A stretch of 64,000 nt of DNA, from the NCBI GenBank assembly GCA_963740275.1, contig CAVUDT010000004.1, positions 638,247 to 702,246 on the forward strand, read 5' to 3'. The stretch comes from an uncultured Acidobacteriota bacterium (lineage in GTDB: Bacteria > Acidobacteriota > Vicinamibacteria > Vicinamibacterales > 2-12-FULL-66-21). The notes under the pieces were generated by a model, which saw only the letters and a program-made list of their open reading frames with translations, was not told the DNA's origin and did no database searches. Shown here piece by piece: positions 18,715 to 29,405 of this stretch (position 1 is the stretch's first letter; the number at the start of each line of letters is the position of its first letter). The position numbers were made by a program, and so were the translations under genes.

Positions 18715-21661
18715 ATGACAAATGAACGCTGGATGCGGACCGAGGAGCTGTATCACGCGGCGCTCGCCCTGCCGGTGGCCGAGCGTGACGCGTTTCTGGC
18801 CAAGGCTTGTCGAGACGACAACGCGCTACAACATGACGTTGCATCGCTTTTAAAGGAGGCGGTCGAGGATGCCTTCCTCGCCCGGTCGCCGATCGTTACT
18901 CCCGCGCATCTGCTTGCCGATCTTGCACCCGGTGAGATGACCGGCCGCAGGCTCGGGACGTATCGCCTCGGAGCCCTCCTCGGTGCCGGCGGCATGGGCG
19001 ATGTCTATCGAGCTCGTGACACGACGCTGGAGCGCGACGTCGCAATCAAGATTCTGCCCCGCGCCTTCACCAGCAACCCGAATCGGCTCGCACGCTTCGA
19101 GCGCGAAGCTCGCCTGCTCGCGGCGATGAATCATCCGCACATCTGCGCCATTCATGGGATCGAAGAGGTGGAGGGCCTCCGGTTCCTGGTGCTGGAGCTG
19201 GTGGAGGGCAGGACGCTCGCCGAGACGCTCGCGGAAGTCCCTCGACGATCGAGCGAAAGCGCCGGCCTGCCGCTTGAAGACGGACTGCGCATTGCCCAGG
19301 AGGTCGCGAACGCGCTGGAGGCGGCGCACGAGAAGGGGATCATCCATCGCGACCTGAAGCCCGCGAACATCATGATCACGGCGGCCGGCGCGGTAAAGGT
19401 TCTGGATTTCGGGCTCGCGAAGTCCGTCGCCAGCGAAGGGAAGACCGGAGCGTCTAGAGACGGCAGGATTTCCGGCGGCACGGCGCTCGGCGCCGTGATG
19501 GGCACGGACGCCTATATGAGCCCCGAGCAGGCATCCGGCAAGCCGGTCGACCGGCGTACGGACATCTGGGCGTTCGGCGTCGTCTTGTTCGAGATGGTCA
19601 CCGGCCAGCGGCCGTTCGTCGGCGAGACCGTCACCGAGACGCTCGCGGCAGTGCTGAAAACGGAGCCGGACTGGGCCTCGCTCCCGTCCACCGTTCCTCC
19701 CGAACTCCAGCGACTCCTTCGCCTGTGCCTCCAGAAAGACCCGAAGCGCCGGCTCCAGTGGATCGGTGACGCCAGGGTCACGATCGAGGATCTCCTGAGT
19801 GGCGTCGCGCTTGAGCCGGTCGCGGCGACGCATCCGGTCGACCGTCGCGGAGGCCGAGTGGCGTGGATCGTGGCTGGTGCGCTCGCGGCAGCCCTTGCCG
19901 GCACCGTCGCCTGGAACCTCAAGCACCAGGAGTTGCCCGTCACACGACTGGGTCTGACACTTCCCACCGGTCAGCGGCTCGATGGAAGCGGCGGCGGGCA
20001 CATTCTCGCGCTCTCTCCGAACGGGGCCCGGATCGTGTTCGTCGCACTGCCCCTTGCCCTCTACTTGAGACCGATGGGAACGGACGAGATCACGACAATC
20101 CGTGGCACCGAAGGACTTCGGACCCTGAGAGAGCCGGTCTTCTCGCCAGATGGCGGCTCGCATCGCGTTCTACGCAGACCAGACCCTGAAGAGGATTCCG
20201 GTCGAAGGGGGCGTGCCGGTGACGATTTGCCCGGCCAAGACCCCGTTCGGGATGAGCTGGGGACCCGACGGTATCGTGTTCGGCCAGGGCGCTGAAGGCA
20301 TCATGCGAGTGTCGCTCGACGGCGGCGCACCGGTCCGGATCGTCAGCGTCCAAGTCAATGAAGCCGCCCACGGGCCGCAGGTTCTGCCCGGCGGGCAGCA
20401 GGTGCTCTTTACCCTGGCGACCGGCACCGCGGCCGATCGGTGGGACAAAGCTCGAATCGTGGTGCAGTCGCTGATATCCGGGGAAAGGACCACCATCATA
20501 GAAGATGGCAGCGACGCTCGCTATGTCCCCAGCGGTCACATCGTGTACGCCGTCGGCGGAAGGCTGTTCGCCGTCGCATTCGATCAGCGCGGAGTGAGGG
20601 TCACAGGGGATCCCGTATCGATCGTTGAAGGCGTCAGGCGATCGGCGGCGAATTACACCGGCGCCGTCAACGCCAGCATCTCGAACAACGGTTCACTCAC
20701 TTACGTCCCAGGTCCGCTCACGCCGGCCGATGCCTTGATGAACGTCGCCATGGTCGATCGAAGAACCGGCAAGGTAGACGTGCTGGATCATCTTCCACCC
20801 GGCCGGTATGCGTCGCCGCGCGTGTCGCCGGACGGAAAACGGCTGGCTTTCACCACCGAGGACGGCAGGGAGGCCGCCGTCTGGACCTATGAACTCTCCG
20901 GGACCATGCCGCCGCAGCGGGTCACCTTCGGCGGAAACAACCGGTTTCCAGTGTGGACATCGTCCAACCGCCTTGCGTTTCAGTCGGATCGCGCCGGCGA
21001 CCTCGCGATTTTTCAGCAATCCGTCGGCGGGAGCGCGCAACGCGTGACCACGCCGGACCAGCAGACAACGCACGCCCCGGAGTCGTGGTCAGAGAAGACC
21101 GGCACCTTGTTGTTCAGTGTCGCCAAGGGATCTGATTTGTCGCTGTGGACGCTCTCGCTGCTTGATGGGAAGAGGTCGCTGTTCACCGTCATCACTCCGT
21201 CGTCGGCCTCCTATGCCACCGGTGCGGTCTTCTCACCTGACGGTCGATGGGTGGCCTACGCCAATGCGATCCGGAGCGCGACGACGATCTACGTCCAGCC
21301 ATTCCCGCCCGATGGTGACCGGAAGTATCAGCTCGGTCGGAAAGGGGCCGACGCGCCGCACGAACCGGTCTGGTCCCGGGATGGCAGAGAAATCTTCTAC
21401 AACCCGAGGCTCGGCGGCTTCGAGGCCGTCAGCGTGACGACGCAGCCCACATTCGCCTTCGGGACTCCCGTCCCGCTGGCGAGAACGTTCCTGATGGGCC
21501 CTCCAGGCGCTCGAACCAACTACGACATCACCGCGAACGGGCAGTTCGTCGGTCTGATTACAGCGGGAGGCACGCAGTACGACACCGGATCCGACGATAG
21601 GATCGAGGTGGTGCTGCACTGGCTCGAGGACGTCAAGGCGCGGACCCGGGCCGCGAGATGA
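18715..21661 (+). pseudogene. Ser/Thr protein kinase with TM segment and TolB-type beta-propeller, frame disrupted as sequenced
   Basis: ORFs 18715..20295 and 20150..21661. Kinase motifs [29 protein letters not shown]. Propeller repeats SPDGKRLAF, SPDGRWVAY. Removing one nt in gatggcggctcg (20149-20160) gives continuous ...PVFSPDGARIAFYADQTLKRIP. Confidence 0.85.
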
Positions 21662-24566
21662 CTCGCTCCCTGAAACTATCGCTCTGTCTCATGCTGCTGA
21701 TGTGCGGACGGGCAGGGGCCATGGCCCAGATGTCCGACGGATCGATCCGAGGAGAGATCCGCGATGTGCATGGCGTTCCGCTTGCGGGTGTGAGGGTGAC
21801 CGCTACCAGCGCCGACGTTCCCTTGCCGCTTGTCGTCATCACCGGGGCAGAGGGCGCCTATCGCCTGTCGAACCTCATTCCCGGACGCTACGCGCTGACC
21901 GCCGAGATCAGCGGTTTTACCGGGCAGGTGCGTGAGAATGTCGTCGTTCACGCCGGCCTGAACCTGACTATTCACTTCGTCCTGGCCGTCGGAGCCGTGC
22001 GGGAGACGATTACCGTCAAAGCTGAGACGCCGCTGCTCGAGACGTCGAGCGCGGGCCAGGCCGTGAATGTCAGCGGCGAGCTCCAGCGGTCCCTGCCGCT
22101 GGCCGCGCGGAAGCACTGGTCGGAGGTTTTGCGGCTGGTACCCGGAGTTGTCTCGACCGACACCACCGCCGACCAGGCGTCGGTGTTCTTCGTCCATGGC
22201 GCTGGAGTGGTGTCGGGATCGACGATCGTCGATGGCGCCGACATCAGTTCTGCGGTCAATCCGTGGACCGGGTATCTGGCGTTTCCCGAGGACGCCGTGG
22301 CCGACGTACAGATCCGGACGAGCGGGCTGGATGCGTCCGCCCCACTGGGGATGGGGGCCGCGGCCAACGTTGTCATCAAGTCCGGCACCAATCGATACCA
22401 GGGAAGCGGCACCTGGGCATACACCCCGAGGCGGTGGGTCAGCGACAACACACCTGCTGCGGCACGAGCCAGACGATGACGGTCAACCAACCGGAGGTGG
22501 CGCTCGGCGGACCGTTGCGGCAGGATCGGGCGTGGTTCTACGGAGCGTATCGCCGGCGGGTCGGGACCCTTGGTTTGAGTCGTCCGGCGGATCAGATTGC
22601 CGACATGAAGGCGCTCGTCCCCGGCTTCGAGCCGTTCGACAACGGGATCAGCGCGAACATCGTCCTGGCCAAGATCACGGGACAGATCCGGCCGACGCAA
22701 CAGCTCTCGGGTTTCTACAATTACGACGCCACGACGAACGAGAAAGATACCGCCTTCAACACCAGCAAGTTCACCGAGGTCGTCACCGGGGGACATGCCA
22801 TCTCGATGCGCCTGTCTTCGGCCTGGTCGAACTGGTTGGCGAGCCGGCTGACGGTCTCCTGGAACGACAAGGGGAGCATCCGATCGTTGGTGCGCGGGCA
22901 GGCTTCAGAGCCGTCCCGGCCTGTTTACCTCAGGGTGTTCCCCTCGGCCGGAACGTTGGTGGGCGGCACGCAGCGAGCCACGCTCGACAACTCGGCCAGC
23001 GAGACCCAATCTCCTTATACCAAGTGGACCATCGCCGGAGACGCCACGATCTACCGCACCGGGTGGCTCGGAACGCACGACGTGCAGGTGGGCGTATCGC
23101 TCCAGCCGAGCATCCATCGGCAAGACTCCATCGTCTACGCCAACGGCGGGTTCGCGCTGGAGGATCTCGTGCTTCTGGATGCGGCGAACGCGTCAGCCGG
23201 GACCAGGCCGTTCCACCGCCGGTTCTATGACTCGTCCGGCGGAGTCCTGGCGGACGGGCACATCTCTGACAATGCCGTCTATCTGCAGGACCTCTGGCGT
23301 CCCACATCGGGGGTCACGATCAGTCTTGGGCTCCGCCTCGATCAGATCCGGCGCACCGACGACCTGGCCGGGGAGCAGTTGCAGAACAGCCTCGAGTTCG
23401 GGCCGCGGCTCGGTGTGAACTACGTGCTGACGTCGGATCAGCTCAACTCCGTGCGCGCGTCCTTCATGCGGCTGCACGATCCACCCACCGTCAATCACCT
23501 GTCGGCCAGCGGTGCGGGTAGTCAGGGCGTGGGCGCCCAGACAGTCGGGTTCGACGACATGTATGACACGGATGCGGACGGCATCTTCGACAAGATGCTC
23601 TCCACTCCCGCGGCTTCGGCGAACAACCCGAACCGGATCATGGACTCGCGTTATCACCAGCCATACGTCAACGAGTGGGCGGCAGGGTACCGTCGTCAGC
23701 TCCCGCGCCAGAGCAGCGTGGATGTCGGCTTCATCCATCGCGACTTCCGGGACCGGACGGCACTGGTCGAGCGGAACGCGATCTATGACGGGAAAATGTT
23801 CGTGGGACTCCGGAACGAGAACCAGAACGAGATTTTTCTGGTGACCAACAACCGGTGGAATTGGCCGGTCTACAGCGCGCTGGAAGTCATCGCCACCAAG
23901 CGGACCGCTCGAGCCCAGTTTCTGGCGAGCTACACCCGGGCCTGGTCACGCCTCGACGGCACGTGGCAGCCGAACGACCCCGCCGCATTCATCCAGCCCG
24001 ACGCATTCGCTTTCGGCAGAGGGCTTCCAGTCAATGACAACCGGAACGCAACGCTGAACAATGCGTATGGCGACGGCAGTACGGGCCTGTGGTCCGGACC
24101 TGAGTGGATGGACCATGTCGTCAATCTCTCGGGTGTCTATCGCGCGCCATGGGACATCGTCGTCGCCTCCACCTACACGCTCCTGAAGGGGTGGTGGTCA
24201 GGCCCGATCGTGGCGCGCCTCCCGGCCGCGGATCCGCAATTCGGCCCGCCCACCGTCACGTTGTCGAACGGAAGGGAGGTACCGAACCCGCTCGCGACGA
24301 CGACGCGTTTCGCCTTTGACACCAGGAGCGAGGGACAGTTTGCGCTGCCGGCGCGACACTATGTGAATCTGCGAGTCGGACGCGTATTCCGCCTGCACGC
24401 CGGCATCCGGCTCGAGTTGGACCTGGACATTTTCAATGTGCCGAATCTTGCAGGTTTCCAGGGATTCCTGCCGGGCGCACATCAGCAATTCAGCACGAAC
24501 TTCGGCAAAGGGGGCAACGTGCAACCACCGCGCACCGTGCAGTTGGGTATCCGGTTCACATTCTAG
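21658..24566 (+). pseudogene. Oar-like TonB-dependent receptor family OMP (CarboxypepD_reg N-terminal domain), frame disrupted as sequenced
   Basis: ORFs 21658..22479 and 22263..24566. Signal peptide, then GSIRGEIRDVHGVPLAGVRVTAT...YRLSNLIPGRYAL. Ends GIRFTF. The frames join near 22450-22465 (consistent with a 1-nt deletion). ATGA overlap with the kinase stop at 21658-21661. Confidence 0.8.
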
Positions 24567-24592
24567 CGTCACTACCCGCACCGCTGGCAGCG

Positions 24593-25090
24593 TCAGGCCT
24601 CATGGGAGCGCATCTCGCGCCGGAGCCAGACCCTGGCGAGCTGCCAGTCGCGCATGACCGTGTCGCGCGACACCGCCAGCACTGAAGCGGTTTCCTCTAC
24701 GCTCAACCCGCCGAAGAACCGAAGTTCGACGACGCGGCTCTTCCGCTGGTCAAATTTCGCGAGTGCCTCGAGCGCGTCGTCCAGCGCCACGACATCATCA
24801 CCCGGTTCGCCGGTGACGGCGAGCGCCTCGTCGAAGCTGACCTGGACGGCTCCACCGCCACGTTTCTGGGAGCCACGTGTCCGGGCGTGGTCGACGAGAA
24901 TCCGCCGCATCAGCCGCGCCGACACGGCGAGAAAATGTCCCCGGTCCTGCCACGCGACAGCGCCTGCTTCGACCAGACGGACATACGCCTCGTTCACCAG
25001 CGCCGTCGCTTGGAGGCTGTGGCCGGCACGTTCCCCCGCCATGCAGCGCCGCGCGATTCGATAAAGCTCCTCATGGACGAGCGGAATCAA
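24593..25090 (-). CDS. ECF sigma factor of the PF07638/TIGR02999 type (start uncertain)
   Basis: ORF 24593..25090 (TTG start). LVNEAYVRL, RFFGGLSVEETASVLAVSRDTVMRDWQLARVWL. Homologous N-terminal sequence (ITDDQPEVTALLLQWAQGDEAALERL) continues in frame upstream to 25174 with no canonical start. An in-frame ATG at 25195 is followed by TAA at 25177-25175. Confidence 0.75.
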   Translation of the reverse strand: MIPLVHEELYRIARRCMAGERAGHSLQATALVNEAYVRLVEAGAVAWQDRGHFLAVSARLMRRILVDHARTRGSQKRGGGAVQVSFDEALAVTGEPGDDVVALDDALEALAKFDQRKSRVVELRFFGGLSVEETASVLAVSRDTVMRDWQLARVWLRREMRSHEA

Positions 25091-25268
25091 CCGCTCCAGG
25101 GCGGCCTCGTCGCCCTGCGCCCATTGGAGAAGGAGCGCCGTAACTTCGGGTTGGTCGTCCGTGATGCGGCGATTTTAGTCTTTCCGTTGCCTCATTTCAC
25201 AGGCGCTTTCCGCTCTATAAGCAGGAAGAAAGCAGAAGAGGTCCAACGATCGACCCAAGGAGGGCGAC

Positions 25269-25757
25269 ATGGCGATTCAGAACTGTTATCTCGGGAGCGT
25301 GACGCTGCTGTTGGCGCTGGTCGGCGCGATCCCGGGGACGTCCGGACCAATTGTGAGCGGGGCGGAATCCAAGAAACTTGCGGGAACGTGGCTCATGAAC
25401 ATTACCGCCACAAACTGTCAAACCGGCGTCGCATTGGGGACCTTTTCATCTCTCTACTCGTTTGCGGAGGGAGGCACCCTTATCAACGTCACCAACGGCG
25501 CCAGCCCCGCGGTACGCAGTCCCGGGCTGGGAGCGTGGGAAAAAACCGGCGATCATACGTTCAGGGCGGTGAGCATGGCCCTCCTGTTCAATGCCGCTGG
25601 TGGCTGGACCGGAACGCAGAAAATCACCAACACCTTTGAAATCCCAGTTGATCGGGACGAGGTCACTGGAAGCGTTTCGGTAGAAATCTTCAATACCAGT
25701 GGGAGCGCGGTTTCGACGATGTGCGCCACGCTCATCGGACAGCGGATCGAACCTTGA
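25269..25757 (+). CDS. Secreted hypothetical protein
   Basis: 162-aa ORF with AAGGAGGG upstream and a signal-like N-terminus. No family recognised. Lower GC than its neighbours by eye. Confidence 0.5.
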   Translation: MAIQNCYLGSVTLLLALVGAIPGTSGPIVSGAESKKLAGTWLMNITATNCQTGVALGTFSSLYSFAEGGTLINVTNGASPAVRSPGLGAWEKTGDHTFRAVSMALLFNAAGGWTGTQKITNTFEIPVDRDEVTGSVSVEIFNTSGSAVSTMCATLIGQRIEP

Positions 25758-25832
25758 TCGACGCAGACGGCAGCAAGGAAATCCCCGCGTCTTTCACAGC
25801 TTGCGCTCAGCCCGAGCCGCCCCCCAATAACG

Positions 25833-25858
25833 AAAAAGCCGCCCAAAACTGGGCGGCT
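25833..25858 (-). terminator. Rho-independent terminator downstream of tRNA-Asp
   Basis: Perfect 9-bp stem agccgccca / tgggcggct (25837-25845 / 25850-25858) with a 4-nt loop. On the minus strand it is followed by TTTTTCGTTATT. Confidence 0.6.
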
Positions 25859-25873
25859 CTTACGGCCACAAAT

Positions 25874-25950
<77 letters not shown>

Positions 25951-26002
25951 ATTCTCTGACCCGCGCCGACGCTGACGCATCCGGCGGGTGCCAAAGACAA
26001 CG

Positions 26003-26032
26003 ATTATACCGGTCGGGCCAGCGCGGGCGCAA
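26003..26032 (-). promoter_or_regulatory. Candidate sigma70-type promoter between the two tRNAs (TTGCGC-N18-TATAAT)
   Basis: Minus strand: TATAAT = complement of 26003-26008, TTGCGC = complement of 26027-26032. About 50 nt upstream of the tRNA-Asp 5' end. Confidence 0.35.
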
Positions 26033-26088
26033 TCGCAACTTGTCTACCAGCCGTAGCTCGTTCGATCGAAGCCTCCATGAGCGGAGGT

Positions 26089-26161
26089 TGGGCGGTACAG
26101 GACTCGAACCTGTGACAGCCGGCGTGTAAAGCCGGAGCTCTACCAACTGAGCTAACCGCCC
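26089..26161 (-). tRNA. tRNA-Val (anticodon TAC)
   Basis: Reverse complement gggcggttagctcagttggtagagctccggctttacacgccggctgtcacaggttcgagtcctgtaccgccca. Anticodon loop TTTACAC. CCA is not encoded. Confidence 0.95.
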
Positions 26162-26173
26162 GCAACGACCATT

Positions 26174-26683
26174 CTACGTGCCCGGGGCCTGTGCCTTCCA
26201 GAACAGCACGGCGAGGACCACCAGCACGCCGACCGCGGCGCGATACTCGCGATTGCGCATCGCGCGTTCGAGGCTGAACTGACGGAGCACCGAGACTCGG
26301 CCGGCGCGGTACTCGGGGTAGGCGGCGCCGAACTTGTCGGTCAGGTGTGCTTCCTCGGTCCGGATCGCGGCGGTGACGGTGATCGCCAGATACCCGAGCA
26401 CGATGGCGGCGACCACGACGCTCCCTGCACCAACCGCCAGGCCGATCCCGATGATCGTCGAACCAAGATAGAGAGGATGCCGGGTGATCGCATACGGTCC
26501 CGACGCGGTGACCTCGCGTCCCTTCTCGAGATGCCCCGCCGCCCAGATGCGAATGAGCTCGCCAATGATCGCGATCGCCGCGCCGATAGTCAACGCCCGC
26601 GGCGTCGGATCGGCCAGCCAGAGCACGATCGCGCCGAAGAGAAACCCGAGCGGAACACGAAGCCGCGCGATCTTACGGAGCAT
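26174..26683 (-). CDS. Isoprenylcysteine carboxyl methyltransferase (ICMT/PEMT) family membrane protein
   Basis: Frame of ORF 26174..26710, start at ATG 26683 (MLRKIARL). SGPYAITRHPLYLGSTIIGIG motif. Multiple TM segments. Confidence 0.75.
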   Translation of the reverse strand: MLRKIARLRVPLGFLFGAIVLWLADPTPRALTIGAAIAIIGELIRIWAAGHLEKGREVTASGPYAITRHPLYLGSTIIGIGLAVGAGSVVVAAIVLGYLAITVTAAIRTEEAHLTDKFGAAYPEYRAGRVSVLRQFSLERAMRNREYRAAVGVLVVLAVLFWKAQAPGT

Positions 26684-26887
26684 CAACAATTCCCAACGGC
26701 CAACTTCCAACTCCCAACAATCAACGACGGCATCGCGGTCGTGACCCTTTCACCGCAGAGACCGCGGAACACGCAGAGGATTCTTCTGATGGTGTTCTCT
26801 GCGCTCTCTGCGCCCTCGGCGGTGATTTCTTTCTGCCGTCACTGACCGGTCGCTAGTTCTATATTCTGAGTTCTTCGTTCTGAATTC

Positions 26888-28390
26888 TTAATTTCTTCCC
26901 AGTCGCCTCTGCACCGCCGCCGTCACCTCCACCACCGGCACGGTGGTCAGGCACCACTCCTCCTGCCGGCACCGGCGATCGTAGTGGCAGCCACACGAAG
27001 TGAACCGCGACACGGTGATGTCGTCGGCGGACCACGGGCCGTTGCGCGCCGGATCGGTCGGGCCGAAGATCGACACGATCGGCGTGCCGACGGCGGCGGC
27101 GATGTGCAATGGGCCGGTGTCGCCGGAGACCATCAGCGCGGCGCTCCGGCAGATCTCCACCAGGTCGGCGAGCCGCGTCGCGGGCGCGAGGACGGCTGTG
27201 CCGTTCGAGCTTTCGATTACCGCGCGGGCGAGCGGTTCCTCGCCAGGCCCCCACAGCACGAACGGGACGAACCCGCGCACCTCGCGGAGGAAGGCCGCGA
27301 GCTCGCCGAAGCGATCCGTGTACCACCGTTTGTTCGGCCACGCCGCCCCCGGGTTCAAGACGGCGAACGGTATCCCCCCGGCCGCCGCGACCATCGCGTC
27401 CCGCGCCGGGGACGGCAGCGACAGCAGCGGAAACTCCACCGCCGGCTCCCTGATGCCCAGCGCTTCGACCAGCCGGAGGTTCTTGTGAACGACATGACCG
27501 TGCGGCGAATCGGCGGCCGGATCCAACGACTCCGAATAGAACGGCCGGGCGGTCTTCTCGCGCAGGTGCCAGATCGAAAAACCGAGCACCCGCTTCGCCC
27601 CGGACGCCCGCGCCAGCACCGCCGACTTCATCAGCCCCTGGAAGTCGAGCGCCACATCGTAGCGCGCCGCGCGCAGCGCCCGTGCCGCCGCCAGCCACCC
27701 GCTCACCCTCGGCTTCTCGAGGACGATGACCCGGTCCAGGACCGGGACCAGGTCCAGGATCTCGCGCCACTTCGCGTCGACCAGCCAGTCGATCCGCGCC
27801 GACGGGAAAGCGGCGCGAATCGCCGCGGCGGCCGGAATCGCATGGACGATGTCGCCGAGTGCCCCGAGCCGGACGAGCAGGATGCTGGATGGTGCAGGCC
27901 CCTGCACCCCGGCCGGCGGCATCATCGGCGGATCCGCCGCGAGCAGATCACGGGTCGAGTGGTCCTTCGGGTCGCCGACGATCGCGACCCGGCCGCCGTA
28001 GGCCCGGACCACCTCGCGTTCCGGCACGGTCTCGGCGGTGTAGTCGGTCCCCTTGCAGTGAACGTCCGGCCGCAGCAGCGTGAGCAACTCGGTGACCGTC
28101 GGCTCGGCAAAGATGGTCACGTAGGTCACGCCACGCAGGGCCGCAACCAGTTCGGCGCGGGCGGCCGCCGGCAGGATCGGGCGCCCGGGACCCTTTGCCC
28201 CGGCGGTCACATCGTCGTTGATCGCCACCACCAGCCGGTCAGCCTCCGCGGCCGCGGCCTGGAGATAGCGGACGTGACCGACGTGCAACAGGTCGAAGAT
28301 GCCGTTGGCGAAGGCGATGGTGCGCCCCTCGCGCCGATCGGCTGCGACCGCCGCCGCCAGGCGCTCGCGTGACAGGAGCTTCTCAACCAC
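26888..28390 (-). CDS. Fusion protein: D-beta-D-heptose 1-phosphate adenylyltransferase domain (HldC/RfaE-II) + GT9 heptosyltransferase (WaaC-like)
   Basis: Single 500-aa ORF. N-terminal part: [39 protein letters not shown]...HCKGTDY (cytidylyltransferase fold). Pro-rich linker. Then [24 protein letters not shown]...[25 protein letters not shown] (GT9). Confidence 0.8.
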   Translation of the reverse strand: MVEKLLSRERLAAAVAADRREGRTIAFANGIFDLLHVGHVRYLQAAAAEADRLVVAINDDVTAGAKGPGRPILPAAARAELVAALRGVTYVTIFAEPTVTELLTLLRPDVHCKGTDYTAETVPEREVVRAYGGRVAIVGDPKDHSTRDLLAADPPMMPPAGVQGPAPSSILLVRLGALGDIVHAIPAAAAIRAAFPSARIDWLVDAKWREILDLVPVLDRVIVLEKPRVSGWLAAARALRAARYDVALDFQGLMKSAVLARASGAKRVLGFSIWHLREKTARPFYSESLDPAADSPHGHVVHKNLRLVEALGIREPAVEFPLLSLPSPARDAMVAAAGGIPFAVLNPGAAWPNKRWYTDRFGELAAFLREVRGFVPFVLWGPGEEPLARAVIESSNGTAVLAPATRLADLVEICRSAALMVSGDTGPLHIAAAVGTPIVSIFGPTDPARNGPWSADDITVSRFTSCGCHYDRRCRQEEWCLTTVPVVEVTAAVQRRLGRN

Positions 28391-29405
28391 GGTCGGCCAG
28401 GATCGCGGCGCGCAGCTCGTCGGCCGAGACGGTGGCGGTGCCGCGTTTCATCACCACGATCCCGCCGGCGTAGTTGGCGAGGTGCGCCGCCTCCTCGAAC
28501 GTCCCCCCGGCAGCCAGGGCCAGCGTCATGGTGGCGATGACGGTGTCGCCGGCGCCGGTGACGTCGGCGATCTGGTCCGAGCCGTGGATGGGGATGTGTC
28601 GGGTCTTCTTGTCGCGCTCGAACAGCGCCATGCCGCGACTGCCCCGGGTGACGAGCACCGCCTTGGAGCGGGTCCGGTCGAGCAGCTCGCGGCCGGCGCG
28701 CTCGAGCACGCGGACGTTCTCGCCGATGCTCACCCCGAGCAGCGCCTCGACTTCCGATTCGTTCGGCGTGCAGGCCGTGAGGCTGCGAAACCGGTCGAGT
28801 GCGTAGCGCGAGTCGACGAGCAGCGGAGCTCCCTTGGGCATCAGCTTGCGGGCGGCGGCGACCAGCGCCGGCGAAACGAGGCCGGTGCCGTAGTCGGAGA
28901 CCAGCATCGCATCGCAGCGGGACGCCGCGCGCAACAGCTTGCCTTCCACCGCCTGGCGATGCTGACCGCCTGAATCGTTCGCCGCTGCCCGGTCGATCCG
29001 CACGACCTGCTGCTTGGCCGAGTGCACGCCGCCGGCCAGGATCCGCGTCTTGGTCGGCGTCCGATAGTCGCGTGGCCGCACCACGCCGGCCACGTCGACG
29101 TTGCGGAGCACCTCCACCAGCCTGTCCCCCGCCGGGTCGCGCCCGGCGAGTCCGACGATGACCGGCCTGCCGCCGAGTGCGGCGACGTTGCTCGCGGCGT
29201 TGCCGGCCCCGCCCGGCACGATCTCGGTCGAATCGTAGTTGAGAATGAGCACCGGCGCTTCGCGGGAGACCCGCGCGATCTCGCCATAAATGAATTCGTC
29301 GACGAGCAGGTCGCCGAACACCGCCACCCGGAGGCCGGCGAAGTCATCGACGAGTGCCGTCAGCCGTTGCCCGTCGGCCGGTGCGGTTCTCCCGGGGTTG
29401 GTCAT
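28383..29405 (-). CDS. hldA: D-beta-D-heptose 7-phosphate kinase (RfaE domain I, PfkB family)
   Basis: 340-aa [61 protein letters not shown]. 8-nt overlap with the downstream fusion gene. Confidence 0.85.
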   Translation of the reverse strand: MTNPGRTAPADGQRLTALVDDFAGLRVAVFGDLLVDEFIYGEIARVSREAPVLILNYDSTEIVPGGAGNAASNVAALGGRPVIVGLAGRDPAGDRLVEVLRNVDVAGVVRPRDYRTPTKTRILAGGVHSAKQQVVRIDRAAANDSGGQHRQAVEGKLLRAASRCDAMLVSDYGTGLVSPALVAAARKLMPKGAPLLVDSRYALDRFRSLTACTPNESEVEALLGVSIGENVRVLERAGRELLDRTRSKAVLVTRGSRGMALFERDKKTRHIPIHGSDQIADVTGAGDTVIATMTLALAAGGTFEEAAHLANYAGGIVVMKRGTATVSADELRAAILADRG

